Source: Leptospira sp. (GTDB taxonomy: Bacteria > Spirochaetota > Leptospiria > Leptospirales > Leptospiraceae). Taken from it: a stretch of DNA of 64,000 bases. How positions within the stretch are numbered: position 1 is the first letter of the stretch; the number at the start of each line of letters is the position of its first letter. Below are positions 1 through 9,256 of this stretch, in pieces. The stretch spans positions 1 through 64,000 of the forward strand of contig JAWXAQ010000029.1 in the NCBI GenBank assembly GCA_034439575.1, read 5' to 3'. The position numbers and the translations under genes are program-made. The notes under the pieces were generated by a model. It was not told where the DNA came from, made no database searches, and saw only the letters and a program-made list of their open reading frames with translations.

Positions 1-618
1 GTTTATTTTTTAAATCGATTGATACCTCATGCAGAAATTAATTTTATTGCACCGTTCTTATCAAACTCTGAGGTATCCAACGAAAAAATCACTGTGTTCA
101 ATACCATGTCTGCATCTATGACTTCACCATTTTTTTTAGAAATGCGAGAAAAATCAGGGTACTCTTATTCTGCGTATCATTATTTAATGCGCACCGAATT
201 TAATAAAGATCCAGTAATATGGAATGCAACATTTGCTTGTCAGGCGGATAAAGTTTCAGAATGCATTCGTACTGCAAATCATTCATTATTTGATATTAAG
301 TCAGTGGAAGAGAATTTTTTATTGGCCAAAGAGGCAAGTATAAAGCAGCTTCAAGTTGTTAAAAAAGATGAAATTGATATTACCGATGATTTTTTAGCAA
401 ACCATAGATTAGGTTTTGATGAGGATCCAGAAAAAATAGCATATGAGAAACTACTAAATCTGCAGTTAGCCGAATACTTAGATTTTATTAAAAAAATGAT
501 TCAAATTTCTAAATTTAATGTCACTGTCATTGGAGACAAAAATCGAATCAGACCTTCTGATTTGAGTAATTTAGGTCAATTTAAAGAATTAAAACCAGAG
601 CAAATCATAGGTCATTAA
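1..618 (+). CDS. M16 (insulinase/pitrilysin) family peptidase, C-terminal part; gene begins before the window
   Basis: Frame is open from base 1. FLEMREKSGYSYSAY matches the M16 C-terminal LREKxGxxY motif. Confidence 0.7.
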   Translation, partial: VYFLNRLIPHAEINFIAPFLSNSEVSNEKITVFNTMSASMTSPFFLEMREKSGYSYSAYHYLMRTEFNKDPVIWNATFACQADKVSECIRTANHSLFDIKSVEENFLLAKEASIKQLQVVKKDEIDITDDFLANHRLGFDEDPEKIAYEKLLNLQLAEYLDFIKKMIQISKFNVTVIGDKNRIRPSDLSNLGQFKELKPEQIIGH

Positions 619-629
619 AGGAATCAATT

Positions 630-2012
630 ATGGAAAATGTGGCAGAACAAAAGTTAACAAAGGCTAATTATAATTTGATTAAAATTCTTTTTTTAGAAGC
701 ACTGATCGCATTTTGTTTGGTATTTTTTGACCGAGGAAAATTGAATTTAGATTATTCATTTGGAGCTTATGATAAGTTAGGTTGGATAAAGGAATTTAAA
801 GATTTCATACAAAAGAAAATGTATGTGAATGATCTACTTTCTCAAGTTTCAACAACTCCAGGAGTTGTCACTGAGTATTGGGAGTTAGGCCAATTCTATC
901 TGGAAAAAGAAAATAATCCAGAAAAGGCCATTCAATATTTCACAAAGGGATTTGAAAATGATGTTACAGGGAACTTTCCTTTTCAAAGGAAAATCTTCCA
1001 AGCGCATATTAAAATGGGGTATGATATCTTTTCTCTTTCCGAATTACTCTTTAGTTTTTGGGAATTAGAGCAAGTGAATTATGATGAAAAATGGAAAGAA
1101 CAATATCAGAGAGCAGCTAACTATTATAATATTGCCATAGGTATGGAACCTTCTACATTTACATCATATCCTTATAATGCAGATTATTTTAATTTTGAAG
1201 GGAATTTGAGATTATATGAAGGGGATTATTTAAATGCGGAGACAGCTTATAAATCTTGCATTTCATTTGATAATAGTAGAGAGGAATGTTTTATCGGACT
1301 CGCAATATTAAAATTGCGTTCTACAGCCGAGAATAATGACAAAAGATACCAATTGGATACTGAAGCTTTTTCATTGATCCAAAGAAGTTTTGAACTATTT
1401 GAAGGTCAGGATAAACTTTTAACAAAGCATGCGTTATTTGAGTATTGGAATCAAAGTCCAAGTTCGCGAAAAGAAAATCTTCAAAGAATTAAAAAGCTAA
1501 CATATGAAATGACAAAGAAAAAACCAGGAATTGGTTTTTATCATTATGTATTGGCGCAAACATATTTCGATAATTGGCAAGAAAAAGAGATTCACAATAT
1601 GTTAAGAAGTTATGAAATCGCATTCGATAATGAACCTGATAGTATTCAATATTGTATTGATTATGGTTATAATTTTGCTCTGTACAAGGATTCAAAAAAA
1701 GGAATCAAAATCTTGGAAGAATGTAAATCTCATTTTGCACCCAACTATCGCATGTTAACATATTTGGGAGATAGTTATTTATTGATAGGTGACTATGAGA
1801 AGGCAAAGGAAATTCATTTGGAGGCAGAGAATAAGGAAGAGTTTCAAAATCAAAAGGAACCAAGTCTTTCACTATCAAATGTATATTCTTTGGGAAGAGC
1901 CAATTTAGCCTTAGGACATAAGGAAGATGGTATAAAATATTTAAGTTTAGCTTGTAATGGTGGCCAGGGTCTTGCGCAAGCATGTGTTAAATTAAAAAAG
2001 GAAACAGAATAA
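630..2012 (+). CDS. Membrane-anchored tetratricopeptide repeat protein
   Basis: N-terminal hydrophobic helix and several TPR-like units (LGQFYL..AIQYF, GDYLNAETAYK, LGDSYLLIGDYEKA). AAGGA RBS upstream. Confidence 0.75.
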   Translation: MENVAEQKLTKANYNLIKILFLEALIAFCLVFFDRGKLNLDYSFGAYDKLGWIKEFKDFIQKKMYVNDLLSQVSTTPGVVTEYWELGQFYLEKENNPEKAIQYFTKGFENDVTGNFPFQRKIFQAHIKMGYDIFSLSELLFSFWELEQVNYDEKWKEQYQRAANYYNIAIGMEPSTFTSYPYNADYFNFEGNLRLYEGDYLNAETAYKSCISFDNSREECFIGLAILKLRSTAENNDKRYQLDTEAFSLIQRSFELFEGQDKLLTKHALFEYWNQSPSSRKENLQRIKKLTYEMTKKKPGIGFYHYVLAQTYFDNWQEKEIHNMLRSYEIAFDNEPDSIQYCIDYGYNFALYKDSKKGIKILEECKSHFAPNYRMLTYLGDSYLLIGDYEKAKEIHLEAENKEEFQNQKEPSLSLSNVYSLGRANLALGHKEDGIKYLSLACNGGQGLAQACVKLKKETE

Positions 2013-2386
2013 TGAGCCAAAATTTGTTTGAATTTACTGAAAAGGATAGTGATATTTTTCTAAGATACTCAACTAGAATGAGTTTGGTTGGAAAAGTATT
2101 GATAATGTTAGGTGTGTTGTTCGTCGCAGGTGGTCTTATTTCCATTAAAGACCATTATGGTAACATCATCGAAGGTTTAGTCCAAATAGGTATTGGTTAT
2201 CTAACTGTAAGAGCCTCATATTTTTTTCGAGAAATATCAAAAATTGAAACTAGAGATATAGAACATCTTAGAAAAGCTCTTTTGGTTTCTATAAAACTAT
2301 ATACTTTGCAACTTTATTTTTATGCATTTATCTTCTTTTTGGCATTGTTTACTTTGTTCTCATTGGCTTGGACAAATTTATCATGA
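2012..2386 (+). CDS. Small three-helix membrane protein (DUF5362-like)
   Basis: 124 aa ORF with three hydrophobic segments. TAATG overlap with the upstream stop. Confidence 0.55.
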   Translation: MSQNLFEFTEKDSDIFLRYSTRMSLVGKVLIMLGVLFVAGGLISIKDHYGNIIEGLVQIGIGYLTVRASYFFREISKIETRDIEHLRKALLVSIKLYTLQLYFYAFIFFLALFTLFSLAWTNLS

Positions 2387-3300
2387 AATCTATAAACCGA
2401 TTGTTAATATCAAATCGTTTCCAATTTTTGATATTGTTATTAATAATTATTGGAGCTAGTTATCTTGCTAGCGTGCGTTATTTTATCAAAGACAAAGAAG
2501 ATGTTGCCATATTTACGGATGTTGATGTGGACCAAGTCAAAACCTCAATGATATTTGCTGAAGTGAAATCCATAGATTTAGAAAAACGTGAGGCAAAAGT
2601 TGAATTGAGAATCAACTTGGCGATAGAATATGGATACAAAAATCGAATTGATACTCCAAAAGAAGATTTGAGACTAATTTCATTTAGTAGCAATGAAGAT
2701 TTTGTTTTCAAAGCTAGGCAACCGATTCGTAAAACATTGATTACTTTGCCGATTGTGGGTTCAAATTCAGATTATCCTTTTGATGAATATGAATCAATAC
2801 TGAGCCTTGGATTTTTTAAAAATAGTAAATATTTTGAAGAGAAAGTAGAGGTGGAATCTAAAGAAGGTATTCCTATCGTTCTAAATATGAAATCTCCCAT
2901 TTCTAATTATAAAATAGAATTTTATGAAAAAACTGTCGAAGATTTTTGGTTGGATAGGTTCAATGGGAATCCGGACCGTATAATTAAAGTAATACGCACA
3001 AAAAGTAGTAAGTTCTATTCTATTTTCATTATTTTGGGAATGGTCGCTTTGAGTTTATTGTTGGTATTCATCACGATTCGAACTTTGCTTTATAATAGAT
3101 TAGTTCAAATTAACTTTTTAGTTTTTATTGGAATTTTGTTATTAGTTTTACCTGCTTTAAGAAATACTCAGCCAGGTATACCGACCTTAGGTGTTCTTTC
3201 CGATTATTTATCTTTTTTTTGGGTAGAAGGTTTGGCCACAGTAACGTTAATAATTCTCACATTAAAATGGCATTTTCAGAAAGAAAAATACCTAGAATAA
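2383..3300 (+). CDS. Membrane protein, DUF4436-like
   Basis: ATGA overlap at 2383. YPFDEY motif and C-terminal LPALRNTQPGIPTLGVLSDYLSFFWVE with three TM helices. Confidence 0.65.
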   Translation: MKSINRLLISNRFQFLILLLIIIGASYLASVRYFIKDKEDVAIFTDVDVDQVKTSMIFAEVKSIDLEKREAKVELRINLAIEYGYKNRIDTPKEDLRLISFSSNEDFVFKARQPIRKTLITLPIVGSNSDYPFDEYESILSLGFFKNSKYFEEKVEVESKEGIPIVLNMKSPISNYKIEFYEKTVEDFWLDRFNGNPDRIIKVIRTKSSKFYSIFIILGMVALSLLLVFITIRTLLYNRLVQINFLVFIGILLLVLPALRNTQPGIPTLGVLSDYLSFFWVEGLATVTLIILTLKWHFQKEKYLE

Positions 3301-3307
3301 ACTAAAA

Positions 3308-4732
3308 TCAGACCATTGATTTTAGTCTGTTATGGAACTCGATATTTGGGACTTGGCCTTCTGCGTCATGTGATAATTCAGGGATGATTCTTTCGACAAA
3401 ATACATGTCGATTTCCCCTTTATTTTTTGCGGCAACCTTTCCTCGGTGTTGGCAGATAAAAAAATCTTTAACACATTGGTATGTCGCCTCGGATATGTTA
3501 ATCGCTCCTGGTGATCCAGAAGATTCCATTCGGCTCGCCGTATTGACAGCATCTCCCCAAATATCATAGGCAAACTTGCGTTTACCGACGACACCAGCCA
3601 CAATGGGACCAGTATGAATCCCTATTCGTAATTCCCAATAGGGTTGTCCGACATTCATTTTGATTTCTTTTAATTGTTCCATGAAATTGCGAATTTCCAT
3701 GCCAGCTAGAACCACTTCTATCGGATTTGTTTTGTTGGGTTTTGGTAATCCGCCTGCACACATATACGAATCACCAATGGTTTTTATTTTTTCAACTTTG
3801 AGACGGTCCATTACTTCATCAAAGTAATAAAAACATTTATCTAAATCGGCGACTAAATTTTCAGCCGTCATGGTTTCTGCCACTTGAGTGAAACCTTTAA
3901 AATCAGTAAACATTACAGTAACTTGTTCGTAAGCTCTTGGTTCAGCTTCACCATTTAATTTAAGTTCTTCGGCAATTTCATGAGGTAGGATATTTAGTAA
4001 AAGTTCGTCTGATTTTTTCTTTTCTGATGCTAATTCTTTTGTTCTTTCTTGGACTCGTACTTCCAAAGAATTTCTTTCCAATTGCAATTCTTCATACGCT
4101 CTCGCGTTTTCTAAGGATATACCAGCTAATCCACAAAAGGCGGAAAGTAAAGCTTCATCTGATTCGGAAAATGCAGTGTCATCTTTTTTATTTAGAACTT
4201 GGATGGTACCAATTATTTTTCCATGTTGATTTCGTATTCCCATACAAAGTATGGATTTCGTTCGATAACCCGTTTTGGAATCAAAGTCCCGATTGAATCG
4301 TTTGTCTTCATAAGCATCTGGAATATTAGCAGTTTTGCCTGTGATTGCCACATCACCCGCGATTCCTTCTCCAAGTGGGAGTCGGATCTCAGAGGCACCT
4401 TGGGCAACACGAGTCCAAAGTTGCTGTTTTTCATAATCCACTAAAAATAAGGAAGATCGATCTGCATTCATGACAAGAGTCACTTTTTGCATAATCAATT
4501 GGAGTAGGGAATCTAAGTCGATTTCAGCCATGATGGAACGGGAAACGTCCATTAACATAGAAAGTCTGGAAAGTTGCTCATTTACATTGGCATAAAAAGC
4601 TGATTTTATATAATATCTACCGTCTTCTTTAAGAAGCACTCCGGGCAATGCGTCTCCCTGGCGTCGGCCATATTGCCAAATAATTTCCTCTTTGTTCTCG
4701 CTCATGTGCTTGTTCTTATTATCGGCATTCAT
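3308..4732 (-). CDS. GAF-domain class III adenylate cyclase
   Basis: GAF (ADRSSLFL, GEGIAG, NKK..F...DE), coiled coil LEVRVQERTKEL, cyclase motifs FTDFKGFT / KIKTIGDSYM / YDIWGDAVNTASRMES (K/D pair suggests ATP). Start may be 4705. Confidence 0.9.
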   Translation of the reverse strand: MNADNKNKHMSENKEEIIWQYGRRQGDALPGVLLKEDGRYYIKSAFYANVNEQLSRLSMLMDVSRSIMAEIDLDSLLQLIMQKVTLVMNADRSSLFLVDYEKQQLWTRVAQGASEIRLPLGEGIAGDVAITGKTANIPDAYEDKRFNRDFDSKTGYRTKSILCMGIRNQHGKIIGTIQVLNKKDDTAFSESDEALLSAFCGLAGISLENARAYEELQLERNSLEVRVQERTKELASEKKKSDELLLNILPHEIAEELKLNGEAEPRAYEQVTVMFTDFKGFTQVAETMTAENLVADLDKCFYYFDEVMDRLKVEKIKTIGDSYMCAGGLPKPNKTNPIEVVLAGMEIRNFMEQLKEIKMNVGQPYWELRIGIHTGPIVAGVVGKRKFAYDIWGDAVNTASRMESSGSPGAINISEATYQCVKDFFICQHRGKVAAKNKGEIDMYFVERIIPELSHDAEGQVPNIEFHNRLKSMV

Positions 4733-4836
4733 CTATGAAAATTAAAAATGTCGTGAAATAATCTACTTTCAATATTTTGGACAAGGGAGTTTAAGAAGCA
4801 GTTTCCTGTGAATCATGCTGCAATTAAATAGGAATT

Positions 4837-6030
4837 ATGAGCAAAAACTCGGTTGGATATTTTGGTGAATTTGGTGGGCGTTATGCTCCAGAGATTCTTA
4901 CAGAAGCTCTGGAAGAATTAGAATCCACTTATAAAAAACTTAAAAATAATAAGAAGTTTCAAAAAGATCTTTCCTATTATTTAAAAAATTACGTCGGAAG
5001 ACCATCTCCTTTAACATTTGCAGAGCGCCTAACAAAAGAATGGGGCGGTGCAAAGATTTGGTTAAAAAGAGAAGACCTCAATCATACGGGAGCTCATAAA
5101 ATCAATAATGCCATCGGACAAGCACTTATCGCTCGTCATATGGGAAAAAAAAGAATCATCGCTGAAACTGGGGCTGGCCAACACGGACTTGCGACTGCAA
5201 CAGTTGGTGCCATGTTTGGAATGGAAACAGTTATCTATATGGGGGCAGTGGATGTAAAACGCCAAAACCTCAATGCGAAAAAAATAGAGATGTTAGGTGC
5301 CAAAATTCTTCCCGTTACAACTGGTGAAGCGACTTTAAAAGAAGCCACAAGCGAAGCGATGCGCGACTGGGCTCTCAATGTTTCTTCGACTCATTATATA
5401 GTAGGTTCAGCCATTGGTCCTCATCCATTTCCGACAATTGTTCGCGACTTACAGGCGATCATCGGTCTTGAAGCAAAAAAACAATTCAAAAAAGTTACAA
5501 AAAAACTTCCAGATGCTGTCATTGCATGTGTGGGTGGTGGTTCCAACGCGATTGGTATGTTTCATGAATTTATAAAAGAAAAAAAAGTTTTATTATTTGG
5601 AGCGGAAGCGGGTGGACTAGGGGCAAAGCCTGGTGAACATTCAGCAACGATCACCTTTGGCAAAACTGGATTTTTACATGGAACTAAAACCTTAATCATT
5701 CAAGATGATTTTGGCCAAATCGTACCTGCCCATTCTGTATCTGCAGGCCTGGACTATCCTGGTGTAGGACCAGAACATGCCTATTTAGCAAAAACAAAAA
5801 GAGTTGACTATCGTATGGTGACAGATGAACAAGCGCTAGCTTCATTTTTGGAAGTGAGCCGTATTGAAGGCATTATACCTGCATTAGAAACTGCGCATGC
5901 ATTTCATATCGCAAAAGATGTGGCAATCAAACTCGGAAAGAAAAAGGATCTTATAATTTGCTTATCTGGTCGTGGTGATAAGGATGTGGTAGAAGTATTG
6001 CGCATATTAGGCGGTGAAAAACATGAGTAA
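4837..6030 (+). CDS. trpB: Tryptophan synthase beta chain
   Basis: KREDLNHTGAHKINN PLP-lysine motif, GGGSNAIG, SAGLDYPGVGPEH. Confidence 0.98.
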   Translation: MSKNSVGYFGEFGGRYAPEILTEALEELESTYKKLKNNKKFQKDLSYYLKNYVGRPSPLTFAERLTKEWGGAKIWLKREDLNHTGAHKINNAIGQALIARHMGKKRIIAETGAGQHGLATATVGAMFGMETVIYMGAVDVKRQNLNAKKIEMLGAKILPVTTGEATLKEATSEAMRDWALNVSSTHYIVGSAIGPHPFPTIVRDLQAIIGLEAKKQFKKVTKKLPDAVIACVGGGSNAIGMFHEFIKEKKVLLFGAEAGGLGAKPGEHSATITFGKTGFLHGTKTLIIQDDFGQIVPAHSVSAGLDYPGVGPEHAYLAKTKRVDYRMVTDEQALASFLEVSRIEGIIPALETAHAFHIAKDVAIKLGKKKDLIICLSGRGDKDVVEVLRILGGEKHE

Positions 6031-6823
6031 AATCAAAACATACTTCAAAAATAAAACATCAAAATCTGTTTTTGTTCCCTTCTTTACATTGGGGGATCCA
6101 AATTATGCGGCTTCCGTAGAATTTGGAAAAGCGATATTGGATCATGGAGCTGATATTTTAGAATTGGGGATTCCTTTTTCTGATCCAGTAGCAGATGGCC
6201 CAGTCATCCAAAGGGCTGATGCTCGCGCTTTGAAAAATCCCTTTTCCTTTGATCAAATTTTTGAAACAACAAAGAAGATACATTTACATAAACCAGAAAT
6301 ACCTCTCGTTTACTTAACTTACTTCAATCCTATTTATCATTGTGGCATTAAAACATTCTTAGACCGAGCGAAAGATTCAGGTATTGTTGGGCTCGTGATT
6401 CCTGACTTACCATTCGATACAGAGGAAAGCGAAACTCTATTTAAAGAATTAAGAAAACGTGATATGGATTTGATTCACCTCATCACTCCAGCGACCACAA
6501 AAAAAAGAATCCAAGCGATAAAAGCTACTTCCTCAGGATTTATTTACTATGTAACTTCCTTCGGAGTCACAGGTGAAAGACGTGAATTCTCTGTAGATCT
6601 TGAACAAAGGATCAAAACCTTAAAAGATATTTTACAATTACCGATTTGTGCAGGTTTCGGTATCTCAACTCCTGAACAAGCTTCGCAAATTGCCCATTAT
6701 GCGGACGGAATTATCATTGGATCTGCCATTCAAAGGATCATTGAAGAAAGTGGGTCTGATACCGCAAAATGTGTAGAAAATTTAAGTAAGTACTCATCCT
6801 CCATTAGAGATAGTTTTCCTTAA
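6023..6823 (+). CDS. trpA: Tryptophan synthase alpha chain
   Basis: LELGIPFSDPVADGPVIQ, GFGIS, DGIIIGSA. Overlaps the trpB stop. Confidence 0.97.
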   Translation: MSKIKTYFKNKTSKSVFVPFFTLGDPNYAASVEFGKAILDHGADILELGIPFSDPVADGPVIQRADARALKNPFSFDQIFETTKKIHLHKPEIPLVYLTYFNPIYHCGIKTFLDRAKDSGIVGLVIPDLPFDTEESETLFKELRKRDMDLIHLITPATTKKRIQAIKATSSGFIYYVTSFGVTGERREFSVDLEQRIKTLKDILQLPICAGFGISTPEQASQIAHYADGIIIGSAIQRIIEESGSDTAKCVENLSKYSSSIRDSFP

Positions 6824-6921
6824 AAAAAAGTCCGATACCGTCTTTAAAGAAAAAATAACGTTTGAGTCTCTTCATTTTTTCCAGGAGAATGGCTAGGAAA
6901 TTCCTAATGGAAAGAGGCTCT

Positions 6922-9249
6922 ATGGCTAGCAAAGAATCTAAATCTCTATCGATATTAGATTACATCATTTTACTCGTCGCTCTGTTTGGAACGGGCGGTG
7001 TTCTCGTATCAGTTTTCTCAACTGGATGGGAATATGAGTTTATATTCTTACTTGCAGGTATGTTTGGTTTACTTGCCAGCAGTTATTTTGTATATAAGAT
7101 CATTGAAAAAAAAGCCAGCGACAAACAGAAAGCAGGTGCAATCTGGTTGTCCTATGTGATCGCGATGTTTATGTACACTTTGGTAAATACCTTCCAACCA
7201 TTAAAAGATCTGGAAGAAAATTCCATTTCAACTCGCTTCCAATTTCTTAGAGGCACAAATACAAAAACCGAACAAGAAAGCGATACAGGACGAATCGAAT
7301 CCATAACTTACCAGCCACCACCAAAGGCCCGTAAGGATATTAAAATTATCGGTATCACCACTGAGTCTTTAGAAAAATTGCAAGGCACTTGGCCTTTGCC
7401 ATGGAAATATTATGCCAATGTGATCAACACTTTTGCAGAATCAAACAACACTCTCATGTTCGATATTTTCTTCGTAGATTATAAGCCTGGCCAAACAGAA
7501 GAGATGGCAGAAGCCCTTAAAAAAAACAGAAGGGTTCTATTCGATTATCCTATGGAAACAAGTGCAGAGTCAAAAGAATCAGTTCTTAATCTCGAAAAAA
7601 GAATCGAAATACTCAGAAAGTATAAAATTAAAAACGTCATTGATGAGAACGATATCGGAGTCTCATGGGTAAAATTTCCGCAACCACCTATTGAACAAAT
7701 TGCTGAGTTATCAGCTGGTCTCGGTTTTGCGAACGTAAAAAAAGATGAATCTGGTTTAAACAGAAAAATGCCTCTAGTTGTTAAGGTATTGAAATCTGGA
7801 CCAGACCGTGAGGCGGAATATTTCCCATCCATCGACTTACTGATCGTATGCCAATACTACGGAATCGATGTGCAAAGAGATGTAGAAGTTAACATGGGTA
7901 AGTATGTTAAACTCTCAAACATTCCTAAAAAAATGTTACGAGAATTCAATGTAGCAAAACGCGCATTCGAAGAACGAGATTTGATGTCCGTTCCAAATGA
8001 AAATAGGGAGATCAAAATTCCTATCGATGTGGAAGGACAAATGGAAGTCAACTTTGTCGGTGGTCGTTATTCCTTTAAAGAATACGAAATCTTCGAAGTG
8101 GCAAATCAATGGGATCAGGAAGTTGTAGCCGCAAATCAATTCAATAACCAAATCTTTTTAGTTGCAATGTATTATGCAACAGGTCGCGGAGCTTCCAAAG
8201 ATTCGCACTTATCTCCGTTTGGTGATCTATCGGGAATCGAACACCATGCCCAAGCCATCAATACTATCCTAAACCAAGACTTTATGTCGAGCCTACCGAA
8301 TTGGGCGATTTTCATAATTTATTTAACCTTGGCTTTGATGATCGGTTTTTTACAACCTCGTGTGAAAACACACTGGGGATTTGTGATCATGTTAACTCAA
8401 TTGATCGTATATGGCATTTCCACTCTATATATCTTTCAACAATTTAACTTAATCACTGTTCTACCTTCAGTGACTATCGAACAAATCGTAGTATTCATTG
8501 CCATCATTGGATTTAGAATTTTGACAGAAGAAGAGAACGTAAAATATATTCGTCAAACTTTCTCAAAATTCGTATCAGCGGATGTTGTTGATGAACTTTT
8601 GAAGCACCCCGACAATCTCGCCTTAGGTGGTTCAAAAAAAGAAATCACGATATTCTTTTCAGATATTCGTGGCTTTACTACTATTTCTGAAGCCCTAGGT
8701 CCTGAGGAACTTGTCAAATTATTAAATGAATACTTATCTGCCATGACAGATATGGTCATTGAATACAAGGGAACCATTGATAAGTACATGGGTGATGCGA
8801 TTATGGCATTCTGGGGAGCTCCTGTGCCTTTGGAAGACCATGCTTATTATGCCTGTGTTGCTTCCCTTGCCCAATTGGATTTCCTAAAAGTATTACAAGC
8901 AAGATGGGTAGAAAGAAAGGTTCCAGTCATTGACATTGGTATCGGATTGAATTCTGGCCCTGCCGTTGTGGGCAATATGGGATCATCTCATAGGATGGAA
9001 TATACCTGTATGGGAGACACGATCAATTTGGGTTCTAGGTTAGAAGGCTCAAACAAAATGTATGGAACCAATGTCATCATTTCTGAGCACACATATGAGA
9101 AGGTAAAAGACCGAGTTGTGGCAAGGGAGCTGGATTTAGTGCGCGTAAAAGGAAAAACCTTGCCTGTCAGGATTTACGAATTGATGGGAATCCTAAACCC
9201 CGAAGATATGGAAAAAATGAAGCGTCCTTTGAAGAGGTCTGGTTCATGA
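6922..9249 (+). CDS. CHASE2-domain membrane adenylate/guanylate cyclase (class III)
   Basis: N-terminal TM helices, CHASE2 features (WPLPW, FDIFF, GIEHHAQAINTIL), three TMs, cyclase FSDIRGFT / DKYMGDAIM / GDTINLGSRLEG. ATG 6922 follows AGAGG; the ORF is open from 6862. Confidence 0.9.
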   Translation: MASKESKSLSILDYIILLVALFGTGGVLVSVFSTGWEYEFIFLLAGMFGLLASSYFVYKIIEKKASDKQKAGAIWLSYVIAMFMYTLVNTFQPLKDLEENSISTRFQFLRGTNTKTEQESDTGRIESITYQPPPKARKDIKIIGITTESLEKLQGTWPLPWKYYANVINTFAESNNTLMFDIFFVDYKPGQTEEMAEALKKNRRVLFDYPMETSAESKESVLNLEKRIEILRKYKIKNVIDENDIGVSWVKFPQPPIEQIAELSAGLGFANVKKDESGLNRKMPLVVKVLKSGPDREAEYFPSIDLLIVCQYYGIDVQRDVEVNMGKYVKLSNIPKKMLREFNVAKRAFEERDLMSVPNENREIKIPIDVEGQMEVNFVGGRYSFKEYEIFEVANQWDQEVVAANQFNNQIFLVAMYYATGRGASKDSHLSPFGDLSGIEHHAQAINTILNQDFMSSLPNWAIFIIYLTLALMIGFLQPRVKTHWGFVIMLTQLIVYGISTLYIFQQFNLITVLPSVTIEQIVVFIAIIGFRILTEEENVKYIRQTFSKFVSADVVDELLKHPDNLALGGSKKEITIFFSDIRGFTTISEALGPEELVKLLNEYLSAMTDMVIEYKGTIDKYMGDAIMAFWGAPVPLEDHAYYACVASLAQLDFLKVLQARWVERKVPVIDIGIGLNSGPAVVGNMGSSHRMEYTCMGDTINLGSRLEGSNKMYGTNVIISEHTYEKVKDRVVARELDLVRVKGKTLPVRIYELMGILNPEDMEKMKRPLKRSGS

Positions 9250-9256
9250 AAATAGC

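Noticed and set aside
4733-4836. Possible trp attenuator upstream of trpB
   Set aside because: No Trp-containing leader peptide or terminator/antiterminator pair was found.
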